Source: Parasitella parasitica NRRL 2501
Taxonomy: Eukaryota; Fungi; Mucoromycota
Direction: 5' to 3'
Length of the DNA stretch: 64,000 nt
Assembly: GCA_025201805.1 (NCBI GenBank)
Contig: MU619297.1
Coordinates: forward strand, 114,197-178,196
Shown here: one piece after another, positions 39,358 through 51,543 of the stretch
Layout: each line of letters starts with the position of its first letter
Numbering within the stretch: the stretch's first letter is position 1
Notes under the pieces: generated by a model
Seen by the model: only the letters and a program-made list of their open reading frames with translations
Database searches by the model: none
What the model was told of the DNA's origin: nothing
Made by a program: the position numbers and the translations under genes

Positions 39358-40359
39358 ATGTCTGCTGCCAAGTTAAGAAAAGATACTAAAACGCCAGTCA
39401 AGAAGGCACCTTTAAACAAAGCTGGAAAGAATGTACCTGCTGAGAAGGAAGCCGGGAGCTCCAAGAGAAAGCGTGTCGCTTTACCTGAAAAGCCCAACAA
39501 GAAAAAAGTCATTAAAACGAAAGCTATAAAGGAAATTGAAGTCAAAGAAGAGAGTGATGAAAGTAAAGATGAAGAAGAGCAGGTAGTCGAAGAAGTTAAA
39601 AAGGAAGCTACTGAGGATGAGGAAGATTTGACCGAAGAGCAAGAGGAAGCTCTTAGAAAAGAAATTTTAGGTGATATGGCTAGTAGCGATGAAGGTGAAG
39701 ATTCTTCGGACGAAGAAGCTAATGCTATCGATACCAACGAAAATATTGTCAGTTTGGATGGAAACACTTTAGAAAGAAGCATGAAAGAGACTAAAATATC
39801 TTTTGACAAGAAATCAAAATCTGCCAAGGTAAGCAATTTGGCAAATTATTGTCAGGGCAAGTATCTATTTGTACTGACACTTCATGACTTGCAGACTCCC
39901 AAAGTCGAGGAAAAGGGTGTAATTTATCTTGGTCGCATTCCCCATGGCTTTTATGAAGAAGAATTGAAAGGATACTTCAGTCAATTTGGTGATATCTGTA
40001 GACTTCGTCTTTCACGTAATAAGAAGACTGGTAGATCAAAGCATTACGGTTTCATCGAATTCGAATCGGCCGATGTTGCTGAAATTGTTGCTGAAACTAT
40101 GCACAATTATCTTTTGTTTGAACATATGCTTCAATGCCGTGTTGTCCCTGCCGAGAAGGTTCATGATAATTTATTTGAGGGATCTAATAAGCTATTTAAG
40201 CCTGTAAACCATGTACTTCGTAACCGTCAAATCCATAATAAGAAGAAGACCGATGAACAACTGGCACAAAAGTGCAAGGATCTGAAAAAACTTGAACAAA
40301 AATTGCGTAAAAACATCAAGGAATCTGGGATTGACTATGATTTCCCATCTTTCTCATAA
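39358..40359 (+). CDS. NOP15: Nucleolar RRM protein Nop15/NIFK (ribosome biogenesis); probable intron 39829-39894
   Basis: GVIYLGRIPHGFYEEELKGYFSQFG...RLSRNKKTGRSKHYGFIEF...VAETMHNYLL, C-terminal GIDYDFP, and an acidic/basic N-terminal region. Confidence 0.93.
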   Translation: MSAAKLRKDTKTPVKKAPLNKAGKNVPAEKEAGSSKRKRVALPEKPNKKKVIKTKAIKEIEVKEESDESKDEEEQVVEEVKKEATEDEEDLTEEQEEALRKEILGDMASSDEGEDSSDEEANAIDTNENIVSLDGNTLERSMKETKISFDKKSKSAKVSNLANYCQGKYLFVLTLHDLQTPKVEEKGVIYLGRIPHGFYEEELKGYFSQFGDICRLRLSRNKKTGRSKHYGFIEFESADVAEIVAETMHNYLLFEHMLQCRVVPAEKVHDNLFEGSNKLFKPVNHVLRNRQIHNKKKTDEQLAQKCKDLKKLEQKLRKNIKESGIDYDFPSFS

Positions 40360-40828
40360 ATTTATCATTATATTTCACAATACGGACATTTCTCTTAGAC
40401 CACACAATTACTTAACACAACACAAACAATCTCAATCACCTTCATATTCAGATTCACATGTTTAAATGAAATAAAACTAAAATCGTACTTTTTTTTTTGA
40501 GAACATATATAATATATGCTGACCTTTGTTTTATATCAAGTATTGATCAGAAACATAAAGCGTATAATGAGACAATGCAATTTTTTGTGTGAGAAAGAGT
40601 CTTTTCTTGCAGATGTAGCGATAATATGATATATAAAAGTTGAATATTGTATCGTTCAAGATTACTGGTTGGAATTTCACAGCACTGTCGTTTTACGGCG
40701 AGTTGGTCCGCCACCAAACATGGTTTGCTTTACGAAGCAAAGCTGTTCTATCACATCATCGTGACACGCTTGATTATGGGAATCTCTAGCAAATAGTTAG
40801 TCTTCTTGTGGTACTAACGAACGAGACA

Positions 40829-41805
40829 ATGACAATTTTAAGATCCATCCAGTTCTCAGCTGCAACACCTGTCACACTCGATGGAACAGAGATCATATTG
40901 CAAGTCTCAATATACGCTCAATCTTCTTGCATATGGCTGCCAACAACAACAACCGGCCGGAAGAGTTTCAGCGAGGTATGCTATCATGATATTAATATGG
41001 ATTTGATTATTTCATAGACTAATATCACTATTATCGTTTGCACACAAATAGCTTAAGCAATACTATGTCTTGCATAACAGCAAGACACCCCTTATTTATG
41101 GGTAAGTTAGCCTATTGAAAAAAAAAAGTTTGATTGGTCCAAAAACTAATATGTCCCCTTCTACTTATTGCTGTCCCATTTTCATACTGGTGTCTCACTT
41201 TCATTGCGACGTCCAAATTCAATTTTAAAATGACCCAAATTTTTTCTTACTGGCCCAACCTAGTTTCGTCGACTGTATACGGTAAATGTGACTAAGATTT
41301 AAATGGTATTTCTGTTTTCTCCATGACACTATACCTATCATATCATATGACCTCATCCAAATCTCGCAAGAAGGCGTGCTATGGCTGTTACTTACCCAAT
41401 ACCAGCTGGACACAAATGCCTTTTAATAAATCTTCAAAAGATAGTACTTTTTTTTTCTCGATTCTTCTTGTAGTATATTAGACATTAACTTACGAAGCTA
41501 GAAATAGCCGGACCTGCTATTTGACAGCAATTATCCAAAAGGTAATCAATGGTTTAACTGCGATGTTTGACCGGATTGAAAAAAAGGAGAAAGTTGTAGA
41601 CACAATGGAAGGTGTATTAACAGAAATCATCGATCCGAATATAGTTCTCGTTACTATAACGAGTCAAGCTGCAAAACCCGAAGATAAAGAAGACACTGAA
41701 ATGCAAGATATACCTGTTAATGAGATCAAATTGGCAGATTTTATCTTTCGCTTTCAGAAGATGATGAAGGTTATTGTAGCCAAATCACATCATCCATTCA
41801 CATAA
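40829..41805 (+). pseudogene. Unidentified intron-containing gene relic or hypothetical gene
   Basis: Several exon-like segments bounded by GT/AG (40829-40975, ~41052-41101, 41264-41281, ~41482-41805). In-frame stops prevent a clean model, and no family is recognised. Confidence 0.3.
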
Positions 41806-42124
41806 AATGATTGATCTGGACAAATGGTCGTCAAGCAGCCAATTTTTTCTTATAATTAAACATTGTAATGCAAGTGAATTTAAAAGAGGTAACTCTGATT
41901 CACTACTGAAGACCACTGGAAAAGCTATGTAATTCAATGAGCAAGTATACGTTTATTCGAGTTTTTGACTCATTTACATTGTTGCTGCTTGCGTTTGTAA
42001 GAAAAAATTAAAATCTGTACATTAATCCAACATCTATTTCTCTCTTTCCCTCCAACTCCTGATAGCTGGCTCTTTACTATCATCTTGGGAAATAAATATT
42101 TTATTAAACGATTAGTAATCAGGC

Positions 42125-43549
42125 TTAATCTGTCTCTCCAATGCTCAATGCATGCATAATCTTTTCCAACATGCGATTGCCACCCAGCAGCTTGATTTCG
42201 TCCCTTGCCTTATTTTCCAGGACAGCCAGGAATTGACGGCAGTAGGCAAATGTGTTTGTCTTTTCTAGCAACTGCAATGCAAATTGTTTGAGTTCCACTG
42301 AATTGCTCCGTTGTTTCAGAATGTTTAAAAGTTGGCGATTTGATGGATCGGTGCGGATGGAGTGGATAATTGGGAACGAGAATTTTCCCTCCGTCAGATC
42401 TTCACAAAACCCTTTATTGTCAGCATACTGCATTTTGTAAAGCATCAAACAAGATGAGTTCAATGCCGACTTGTATCATTGTATACCTATGAACTTACCT
42501 TTTTTGATTGCAGATTCATATAATCATCTCTCACTTGGAAATGAATACCAATTTTGTTTACAAGACTTGTGTAGTCACTGTAGTATATCTTGAGTACTCG
42601 GCATCGCTGGAGAACAATAGCATATAGTACTTACATTGTCGACTGGCTTGCCGCTTGCATGAGCTTGACAGCTAACCTCAACAGACCGCCAGTTTCTTGG
42701 ATAACATTTCACATTAGTAGCCCAATCACTTTTTTCTTTGCAAGGTTAGCATAAAATGTACTCACTGTCGTTTACCATATCAAGGAATTCTTGTTCGGTG
42801 GGACAAGTCAAGGTGTCACGCCAAAAGAGTTCCATGCCTAGGGATCGAGATATGGTTCAGCATAAACTATGCCTTGGCTGCGTAATAACTTTTTGCCTAC
42901 CTTGGCCTCTGTGCAGATTAATCAATTCCTCTAGATATAAACCAATACAAGTGAGTGAAACGTATACGATCACAAGAAAACATGACAAACCTGTGTAGAT
43001 GGTGATCATACTAGCGTTGTTGAGCTTGGTGATCTCGTTTAATGCAAGAAAATAGACATAATTAGCACAATTGATTGTCTGAGGGGTGCCATAAATATGA
43101 TGTGCCGCAGGAACACCACGACGCAATACGGACTCATCCTCAACATCATCAATGCTGCGTACATCATATGAGGACCAATAACATCAAGGTAACGCAATGA
43201 ATCAAAACTTACAGCAAACTAGCACTATGCAACATTTCAATAACCCGAGTAATGACAACAAGGTCGTCTTTGGGAACCTGTAACCACGCATCAAACGCTT
43301 CAATCATTTTGGCACGCACGTCTTTGCCCGGGTTGGAGACTAGATAATGAAAAGGCTCCAACAAGATCTTGACACAGCTTGGCGTTAGGAAATGCCATTG
43401 TTCTGCTATATTATACTCACATCTTCTTGTGCCTTTTGAGCTGTTTCCATCTGATGAGGATCATGCTTACCGTACGGTAAGATGGCTTGAATTTGCTTTG
43501 ATTTGGTAGAGTTGAAGCTGCTTTCTTGGATAGAATTAGATGACAACAT
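42125..43549 (-). CDS. BTS1: Geranylgeranyl pyrophosphate synthase (type III), multi-exon
   Basis: [18 protein letters not shown]|[41 protein letters not shown], and [11 protein letters not shown]. Confidence 0.95.
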
Positions 43550-43853
43550 TATAAGAATGAATAATAATATTAATAGTAATAATAATAATAAAAAAAAGGC
43601 GAGGAAAGTGATCAGCAAGGCAGAGCAAGATAAAAATATTTATATTCACTGCAGTCATCGATCCGTCCACCCGGATAGTAACAGCAAATATTTAATCGTA
43701 CATAAACAGGTCTGTTGTAGCAATTTACTCCTTCTCGAAAAGCGATATTATAATATTATAAAGGGGGTTGGAAATTATAAAAGTCAAATACAAACATTAA
43801 GCTAACCATATTTATGTTACAAAACGACATCTATGAGTGTGTGTGTGTGTATT

Positions 43854-46010
43854 TTATTCATTGGCAAATGTTACTAGATTCTTGTTTTCAGCTACTAAAT
43901 CACCCTCCGAATACAATACTTGGCCAATTGTACCACCTATTGGCGCTTTAATAACGTGCTCCATCTTCATGGCTTCTAAAACGATAAGTGTATCCCCCTT
44001 TTCAATAACTTGGCCAGGTTTGACAAACACTTGAGATATCTTGCAAGGCATAGGAGTCTTTACGGATCCCGCACCGAGCTTCTCACCACTTCCCAAGATG
44101 TAATTTGGTGTTGGTAACTTGAATGTAGTGCGACCAAACTTTTATCCAAGCGTATGTGTCAGTGTACAACAAACAAGTATCACCCCGCAACTCTGCGTTC
44201 CTTACCTCATCAAAAACAACAACATCTTGATCGTGTAACACGACGTTGCTCTTGAGTGTCTTTTCGTCGATTGAAGAGACCATCAGCCCGTCCTTGTCTA
44301 AAAAGCTTTGAACACCAGTAAATGTCTTGATAGATTCATTGGTAGCTGCGTCGGTCACTTCCATATCAACCAAATGAGACTGTTCGTTGTTGGTGGACAC
44401 AATCACTTTGTAAGGATGCTCGTTGCAAGTAACTGAGAACTCTCTATGATTGATGCTGTTGACACGGAAACTATCAGTGAGAGTGTTCCAGGGGCTGCAA
44501 GCATCTATATTTACAGAGAAATGGTTAGTTAAAGGCAGCATGGATTATCAAACGTGCCAGTTACCGATAGAGCTCTTTTTGATACTATCAATTTCCTTCA
44601 GTCTTAAAGCGCTGGCAGCTAAAGCCAAGGTGATTGGATTAGGTGCTCCTGGATCTTTAAAGAGGTCCTTTTCGTACTGCTGAATGAAACCTGTTTCGAC
44701 CTCACCCTTGATGAATTCAGGATGTTCTGCAACTTTCTTAATAAAGCTAATGTTGGTATTCAAGCCAACAACTTGGTACTGCTCAAGTGCTAGGCGAAAA
44801 TGGCGAAGGGCATCGTTGCGGTTCTCGCCGTGAACAACCAATTTAGAGATCATGGGGTCGTAGTGAACGCTGATTTGATCACCTTGAACGAAGCCTGTTT
44901 CCAACCGGACGTTGTCACTAGGCAAAGGAGTACGAACACTGAAAAGTGGTCCCGTATCAGGAAGGAAATGGCTGTGTGTAGATCGGCCCAGTTTAGGAAA
45001 TTGTAGTTGATAACCAAAGACAGACAATAACTTACTTTGAAGGGTTCTCAGCATAGACACGAGCTTCGAAGGCGTGTCCGTGCAGTTTGAGCTCATCTTG
45101 TCTCATCAAAAGAGGGTTACCTGCAGCAACCTCCAACTGCCAGCGCACCAGATCAGTTTTAGTAACCATCTCAGTTACGGGATGCTCAACCTGCAAACGG
45201 GTATTCATCTCCATAAAGTAAAACTGTTTATCGACATTGTCCATGATAAATTCGACAGTACCGGCGTTCTCATAATTCACAGCACGGGCAGCAGCGACAG
45301 CTTTGGCACCCAATTCAGCACGAAGCGCTTCTGTCAACCCGGGGGCGGGAGCCTCTTCGATAACTTTCTGATGGCGTCTTTGCACAGAGCAATCACGCTC
45401 AAACAAATGAACAACGTTGTCGTGTTTATCGGCAAAGACTTGAACTTCAACGTGGCGGGGACGCTCAAGGTATTTTTCAACCAAAACCTTGTCGTCGCCA
45501 AAGGATTTGATGGACTCACGCTTTGAAGATTCCAACATCTCCTCAAACTCTGAAGCAGACCGGACAATACGCATGCCCTTACCTCCACCACCTTTGATGG
45601 CCTTGATCAAGACTGGATAGCCAATCTTTTCAGCTTGATCCTTCAAGAACCCGACATCTTGGTTTTCGCCGTGATAGCCAGGCACTACAGGGACACCGGC
45701 GTCTTGCATAATAAATTTAGACTCACTGAAAGCAAAGAAAAGTGTGAGAAAAAAACTCACAAATGATCGTGGGATACGAAAATTTACCTTTTGGAACCCA
45801 TCGAGCGCATAGCATCGCCAGAAGGGCCGATGAAGGCTATATTGGACGCCTTGACAGTGTCTGCAAAGTCTGCGTTTTCAGACAAAAATCCGTACCCCGG
45901 ATGAATTGCCTGAGATCCCGTCATTTTCGCTACGTTCATAATCTTGTCGATACAAAGGTAGCTTTCGGCAGAGGCTGCAGGGCCAATCAAATAGGCTTCA
46001 TCTGCCTATG

Positions 46011-46083
<73 letters not shown>

Positions 46084-46547
46084 ATTCTGGCCTTAGCAAG
46101 CCAGCCCTTGTATAATTATTATAAACCTTACCATCTTAACATGTTGTGCATTGGCATCAGGCTCACTGTAAACGGCAACTGTCTTGATGCCCAATTCTTT
46201 AGCAGTTCTCATGACGCGAATTGCTATTTCACCTCTAGACAATAATGAGCATTTTCGTTTTTTTGTTTTTTGTTTTTTCAGATCCGCATATCTCACAATT
46301 CAATCGGCTTACCTATTGGCAATCAGAATCTTTTCAAACAATGGGTTTCGATCTAAATCCATGTTAACTACCCTGTCAAACCTGTGCCTTCCTCGAGCGC
46401 TTCTTTAAGTGTACCTTTCATTACGTTCAAAGTGTGGATACTTCTGATGACAGCGGACCCCTTGATGCCATGGCAGTGATAAATCCTCAACAAAGCTTTC
46501 GAAGAAAAGACTGACAATTTCGGCAATCTTGTATGAATTTGAAGCAT
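43854..46547 (-). CDS. MCCC1: 3-methylcrotonoyl-CoA carboxylase alpha (biotin carboxylase + BCCP), multi-exon
   Basis: Mitochondrial presequence, KILIANR|[55 protein letters not shown] and biotinylation site EAMKM. Assignment to MCC rather than PCC rests on [13 protein letters not shown] and the VRLETG region. Confidence 0.88.
46015..46081 (+). repeat. A67 homopolymer (poly-T tract in an MCC intron on the minus strand)
   Basis: Run of about 67 A read directly. Confidence 0.95.
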
Positions 46548-46560
46548 ATTATTTGAAGGA

Positions 46561-46565
<5 letters not shown>

Positions 46566-46592
<27 letters not shown>
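46566..46592 (+). repeat. (GA)n microsatellite upstream of the MCC start
   Basis: gagagaga... tract read directly. Confidence 0.9.
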
Positions 46593-46597
<5 letters not shown>

Positions 46598-47101
46598 CTC
46601 AAGGAAAGGGGAAACCCGAATTTTATATTGGTATTTTACCACACTTGTAGCCGTGGGAAAAAACTCGTGAAAGTGCAATCATCAACTAACTGTGGTGACG
46701 CATAAACTTTGTAGTGTTGGAATTTCTCTCACAGTTTCATTACTAGAGCTCGCCACTGATGGAGTGGATTGATCTTGGGAACCTTGATCTGGCATATCTT
46801 TAGAGAACCAAGTGTATGAATAGAAGCATTTCATAATTGAAATAGGTCTGATTGACCAGCTCAAGATGTGACCAGGATTGGATCCCCATCGTATCCATAA
46901 ATGACATTGCTGTCTGGTAATGTATTACAGCCGTGCCAGTTCTTTGCTTTTATTATAAACAACTACTAACCAAGATGTAATGAATCATTTTCTCTCCTCG
47001 GTGGTGTCCTTGCTAATTTTTAGCTGCAACATTGGATTCAAGTCAAGTGTTCATGAACAAAATGTTTATTTTAGTGGCTGAAGAATTCAATCGAGAATGT
47101 T

Positions 47102-47472
47102 TTATTTCTTTCCGGATTTCTTAATACCACCACTAACTACAAGCATTAAAGAGAGTTTGTAAATAAGCATAGTTATAATTATTATATACACTTACGCAAA
47201 GGTCCTTTTCCTCCTGCCTTTTGTTGCATTTCTTTCAACTTCTTGGCCTCCTCCATCTTTTTTTGCTTGAATTTTTTATCTTCCTATAGAAAAATCAGTC
47301 AGACGTAAATACATTTTATTGCAATGTCCTCCTTTACCTCATCATCAGAGAAATCTTCCTTCTTGGGCTTTTTGAGAGGCTTGAGTTTGCCACCTTTTCA
47401 AAACGAGTAAGCTTTTTTTTTTGACGCTATCCCACGTACTCTGTTGTTTAACTCACCTTGTCTACCAGACAT
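47102..47472 (-). CDS. TMA7: Translation machinery-associated protein 7 (64 aa, 4 exons; absent from the ORF track)
   Basis: The spliced product is MSGRQG|GKLKPLKKPKKEDFSDDE|EDKKFKQKKMEEAKKLKEMQQKAGGKGPL|LSGGIKKSGKK*, matching the TMA7 family pattern end to end. Confidence 0.93.
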
Positions 47473-48473
47473 TTTAAAATAAAAATATTTGCAAACGTAC
47501 AAACACCCTTCCTTGACTTGATGAAAAAACTTTTTCATCTGATGTTGCTAGCCTTTAATCTTCCGACTTGTGCGTCACCTAATCATCTCTTGCTGCTAGT
47601 CTCCAAAATGACATCCTTCATAGTGCAAACGATGAAAGAGGATACAAGTTTGAAAAAACTAATACAACTGTAAAATACAGCAATAATTAACCACAAGGCA
47701 CACATCAAACAAAAATACTAGATATGTGAGGGTACGTACAAATAGATTAATCTGTGCACGATCTTCAGAAGGTTGTAAGCTTTAGTACTAGGGCGTGTCC
47801 TTTGCATTTGTACGTTTTAACGCCAAAGGTTTTGTTGTCATCCCAAGAAAGAGACCACTGGTAGATGCAAGGCTGTAGTATCAAGATTATTAGAATGCAT
47901 ACGTGTGTTATTTCTCTTATCCAAACGTCTTGCCGTTTGAGTTTATTGTAATGCAAGTGCGCGATGTACTGAAGCTGGTAAACCCACTTCAGTCCATCAC
48001 CTATTCAGTGCCCTAGGCAAAGCCTACAACAATAAATGGATTGCATTTGCAAGTTTTTTAACACCTCGTGGCACTTCTTGTGTTAATTTATTATCTGAAC
48101 AAAGAGGCCATTATTATATGTAATCAAATGTGTACATGTTGTCTCTCATTTTCTTACCCAAGTCAAGGAGAATCTTGAATTGTACTTTTGAAAACCTCGA
48201 ATTTCAAACAATATGGAATCAATGTACCCATTCTTTTAAAATAATTGATTATCAAGATATTCTCTCGTTGTTGAGCCATGTATAAAACTATGATGAACAG
48301 CTCCTTTGTTTGAATGTCTTTTGTCCTGACATGTCGATCAATGCTCAAATGCAAAGGTCCTGGTCACTCTATAGTCACCATAATGAAGTGACTCGCGCGA
48401 TCCTTGATCGGGTGCCATTCATAGGCCATTGTTGTTCGTTTCTTTCTTATACATTTTTTAAACAGGCTTAAAT

Positions 48474-50797
48474 ATGGTTCATCCTCCTAGCAATAGCTCT
48501 CGATTATCAGCTTTGAAAAATGCTAGACTCAATGCATCTAAATCCAAGCAGTCTGGTATAGCAGACTTTTTGAAAAAAAACCATCCTATCGTCCCTGTGC
48601 AGTATCGGCATCATCGTACTACACGCCCTTCATCACAGCCACAGAAGCAAGCGCAAGCGCAAGCACAGCCATCGCAGCAGCAAACACAAGCACAGAGACA
48701 AAAGAGCCCAATATTATCAGAGACACAGAACACATCGACGAGTACACAGAGCAACAAAATATTGAATGGCGTTGTTGCTTGTCTGGATGTGAGGTAATTA
48801 CAGTTATTGTATGCTTTAGGACTATAATCTCATCGTTATCCACCTTTCCACTCAGAACTGAAGATGGGGATGATGTATCTCAAAACTTTGAGCGGGCTCT
48901 TCAGTCAATGGGTGCCAAGGTACAGTGGTTTTCATCTCGTTCGTATATAACACACTAACAAATAACTGACTCCTCTTTTTAATTCGAAAAAGACTCGACG
49001 AACGTTCAGCGGTAATATTTTATGCAGTATATATACAACACGCAGGACCCCTTGTTGACAGTATTATTACTACTATTATGCAGATTCAATCACTCATTTG
49101 ATTTTCAAGAATGGATCTCCAGCGACGTTGAAAAAAGCCATGAGCAAAAACGTATTTATTATCAATTTATTGTGGATATCCAGATGTAAACGTGAAGGCA
49201 AGAGACTTGCCGAGAAAGATTTTTTAATAGAACAACCACAGGGGCTGGTAATTGCTGGAAAGAAAAGACGAAAGTCGATGGAGCCAGGCAAAGTGAGAGC
49301 GCTTGTTCTGAATGAACTGGAGGCATCATGTAAGTTGGACTGTGTTGTGATTATGATTGATTTCTTGTTGGTCGAAACTAGTCAATAACGCTTGGCCTGT
49401 TCTCCAAAAATCTAGTATCATCATCAAGCGACGGATCAACCAATGATGAAAAGATGGAAGCCAGAAGACAGACAATCGCCACAAGCAGTTGGACAGCCAG
49501 GGATTTCAGAAAACCAACTGCTGCTGAGAGTTTGAGCAGAAAACGACATATCGAGCAAGCTGAAATATACGACGATCAAGAAGACAAAGATGTTTTACCG
49601 CCTAGGCTCTCACTCCCTATCTCTGTCGAGTCGATTGCGAGTCGTCATATGTCTAAAAAGCAGAAACCACCTGCTACAGTTCCAGTTCATGTGCCTAGCC
49701 TGGAAATGAAAGAGCAAATTAAAGCGAGATTTTCCATTGGTCAAGCTCCAACTAAGAAACCTGCTGTAAAGGCCAGCAGCAGTAACAGCAACCCTTCAAA
49801 TCTTAAAATAGATGATACCCTAGGCCAAATAGACCCTTCACGATTATCGATATCTTCGCCTACACAAGTCAGCTCGACCCCCATCAAAAGAAAGCGTCGG
49901 CTAACAGGCTCAATAAATCGACCATCCATTCCAAGTGGTAATGATGCATTAGACACGCCCAAATCAACGACAAATGATATGCCTCGAACGATTGTTTTGA
50001 CGAGTGTAACGCCGCTGATTCGCAAAAAGTACGAGGCTATAATAAAAGAGCTTGGTAGATTCCAGCTAGCTACAGAGTAAGCGACCTTTTGTGGAATATA
50101 TCGGCCTAATTTTTAACGAGTATGATTGTGTGTGTGAATATTTATAGAGTAACAGAGACCACAAGCCATATTTTAGGTATACTCGGCATAGATTAAAAAA
50201 GTTGGCAAATATACTGAATTTTCTTCTTTTTTTTTTTTAGTGGGAGCTCAAAGAAGAACGAAATCATTGACGCTGGGTTTCTTACGAGGTGCTTGGATTC
50301 TGAATCCTGAATGGTAAGGATTTGCATGAATTTCGTTGTATTACATCATAATGCTAAGATTTGGGAGTTAGGCTTATTCAGAGCAAAATCAAAGGAGAGT
50401 ATTTGGCAGAGGATAAGTTTGAATTACTAGAGTGGTATCCAAGAGCCAAAGCAGCAAGAGAGCGTGAGAGATTAATACCATCGTCGACTTGTATCAACAT
50501 ACAGTCGTCATCCAGTGGTGTAGATTTTATCAAGGAGTTGGTTAAATTGGCTGGTGGCACTGTGGTTGATAACAGTCAAAATGCAGACATCATTATCTGT
50601 GAGAAGACTAAAATGTTGAAAGATAAAAGAATGGTGACAGATCATTGGTTGTTCGAATCGATTGAGCATTGGAAATGTAAAGTGTACAAATTTAAGAGTT
50701 TTTCACATTGTTACTAATATAGTCATTTTCTTTTTTTTTTTGCAATGTGAACAAATCAGGTATGCCATTAGACAACTATGGCCATGAAAAGAAATAA
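48474..50797 (+). CDS. Microcephalin (MCPH1)-like triple-BRCT protein, multi-exon
   Basis: N-terminal BRCT ILNGVVACLDVR|TEDGDDVSQNFERALQSMGAK...ITHLIFKNGS...LWISRC. Disordered middle. C-terminal tandem BRCTs (TIVLTSV...TSHIL...RRTKSLTLGFLRGAWILNPEW; LAGG...DHWLFESI). Confidence 0.75.
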
Positions 50798-51258
50798 AAA
50801 AAATATATACATATATACGCTATATGTACCAATGTTTGCCTGTATAATATGTTTTTGGAGCTTCCAGCTTCTAGCTTGAGCAGCTGTTTGAATATACCAA
50901 TGATCGATAAGTTTGCAAAATTGTGGTCTATTATCGCTGCTAACTGTAGCTGTGTACACCCAAACTTAATATCATCAAGGTCCTGAAGAGATACTGTAAA
51001 TTATCAGCGACTAATAGAACTTGCCATTTGGGAAAAGCTAATTGCAGGCTAATTTTTAAAAGCCATCGTTTGGTACCACCCAAACAAATACTTTGCATTT
51101 ATTTTCATGCCATGTGTCCACTACACTATCAAATATACAGGCTGTAGGTTATGTTTTACCCAAGTCGTTTCATTTGTATAAAAGGGAGGGCAAATTCTCT
51201 TTTACTTTGTATTTTTCATCAACACTCTCTCTTTCATCTACTTTTTCACATAAACAAT

Positions 51259-51543
51259 ATGCCTGGACCTGCTACAATTTTCTCCCTAGGTGCCGTTGGT
51301 GCCGCTGCTGTCTACGTTAATCGAAGAAACTCCCAAACATCCGAGGCTGATAACATGAATCCTATTGCATTGGCCAGAAGACGATCAAGCACAGTTCAAC
51401 CTGATCATGAATGGTCTTCTCGTAAGCAACCTGAATATCTTTGGCGTAGAGACAATGGCGTTAGCTTCAGTCATAATTCCAAGCCCAAGTATCCTACAGG
51501 TCAGAAGGATCTTCAACAATCATCATCTTCCTCATCTAAATAA
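51259..51543 (+). CDS. Small (94 aa) hypothetical protein with an N-terminal hydrophobic segment
   Basis: TATAAAA at ~51177, CT-rich leader, ATG in A-rich context, codon usage like the highly expressed genes here, and AATAAA downstream. Confidence 0.65.
   Translation: MPGPATIFSLGAVGAAAVYVNRRNSQTSEADNMNPIALARRRSSTVQPDHEWSSRKQPEYLWRRDNGVSFSHNSKPKYPTGQKDLQQSSSSSSK

Noticed and set aside
45763-46245. 160-aa ORF with poly-Lys
   Set aside because: It is the antisense translation of the intronic A67 tract in the MCC gene, not a protein.
7884-46547. Branched-chain amino acid catabolic cluster (ACADSB + MCC)
   Set aside because: The genes are ~35 kb apart with many unrelated housekeeping genes between them, so this is not a cluster.
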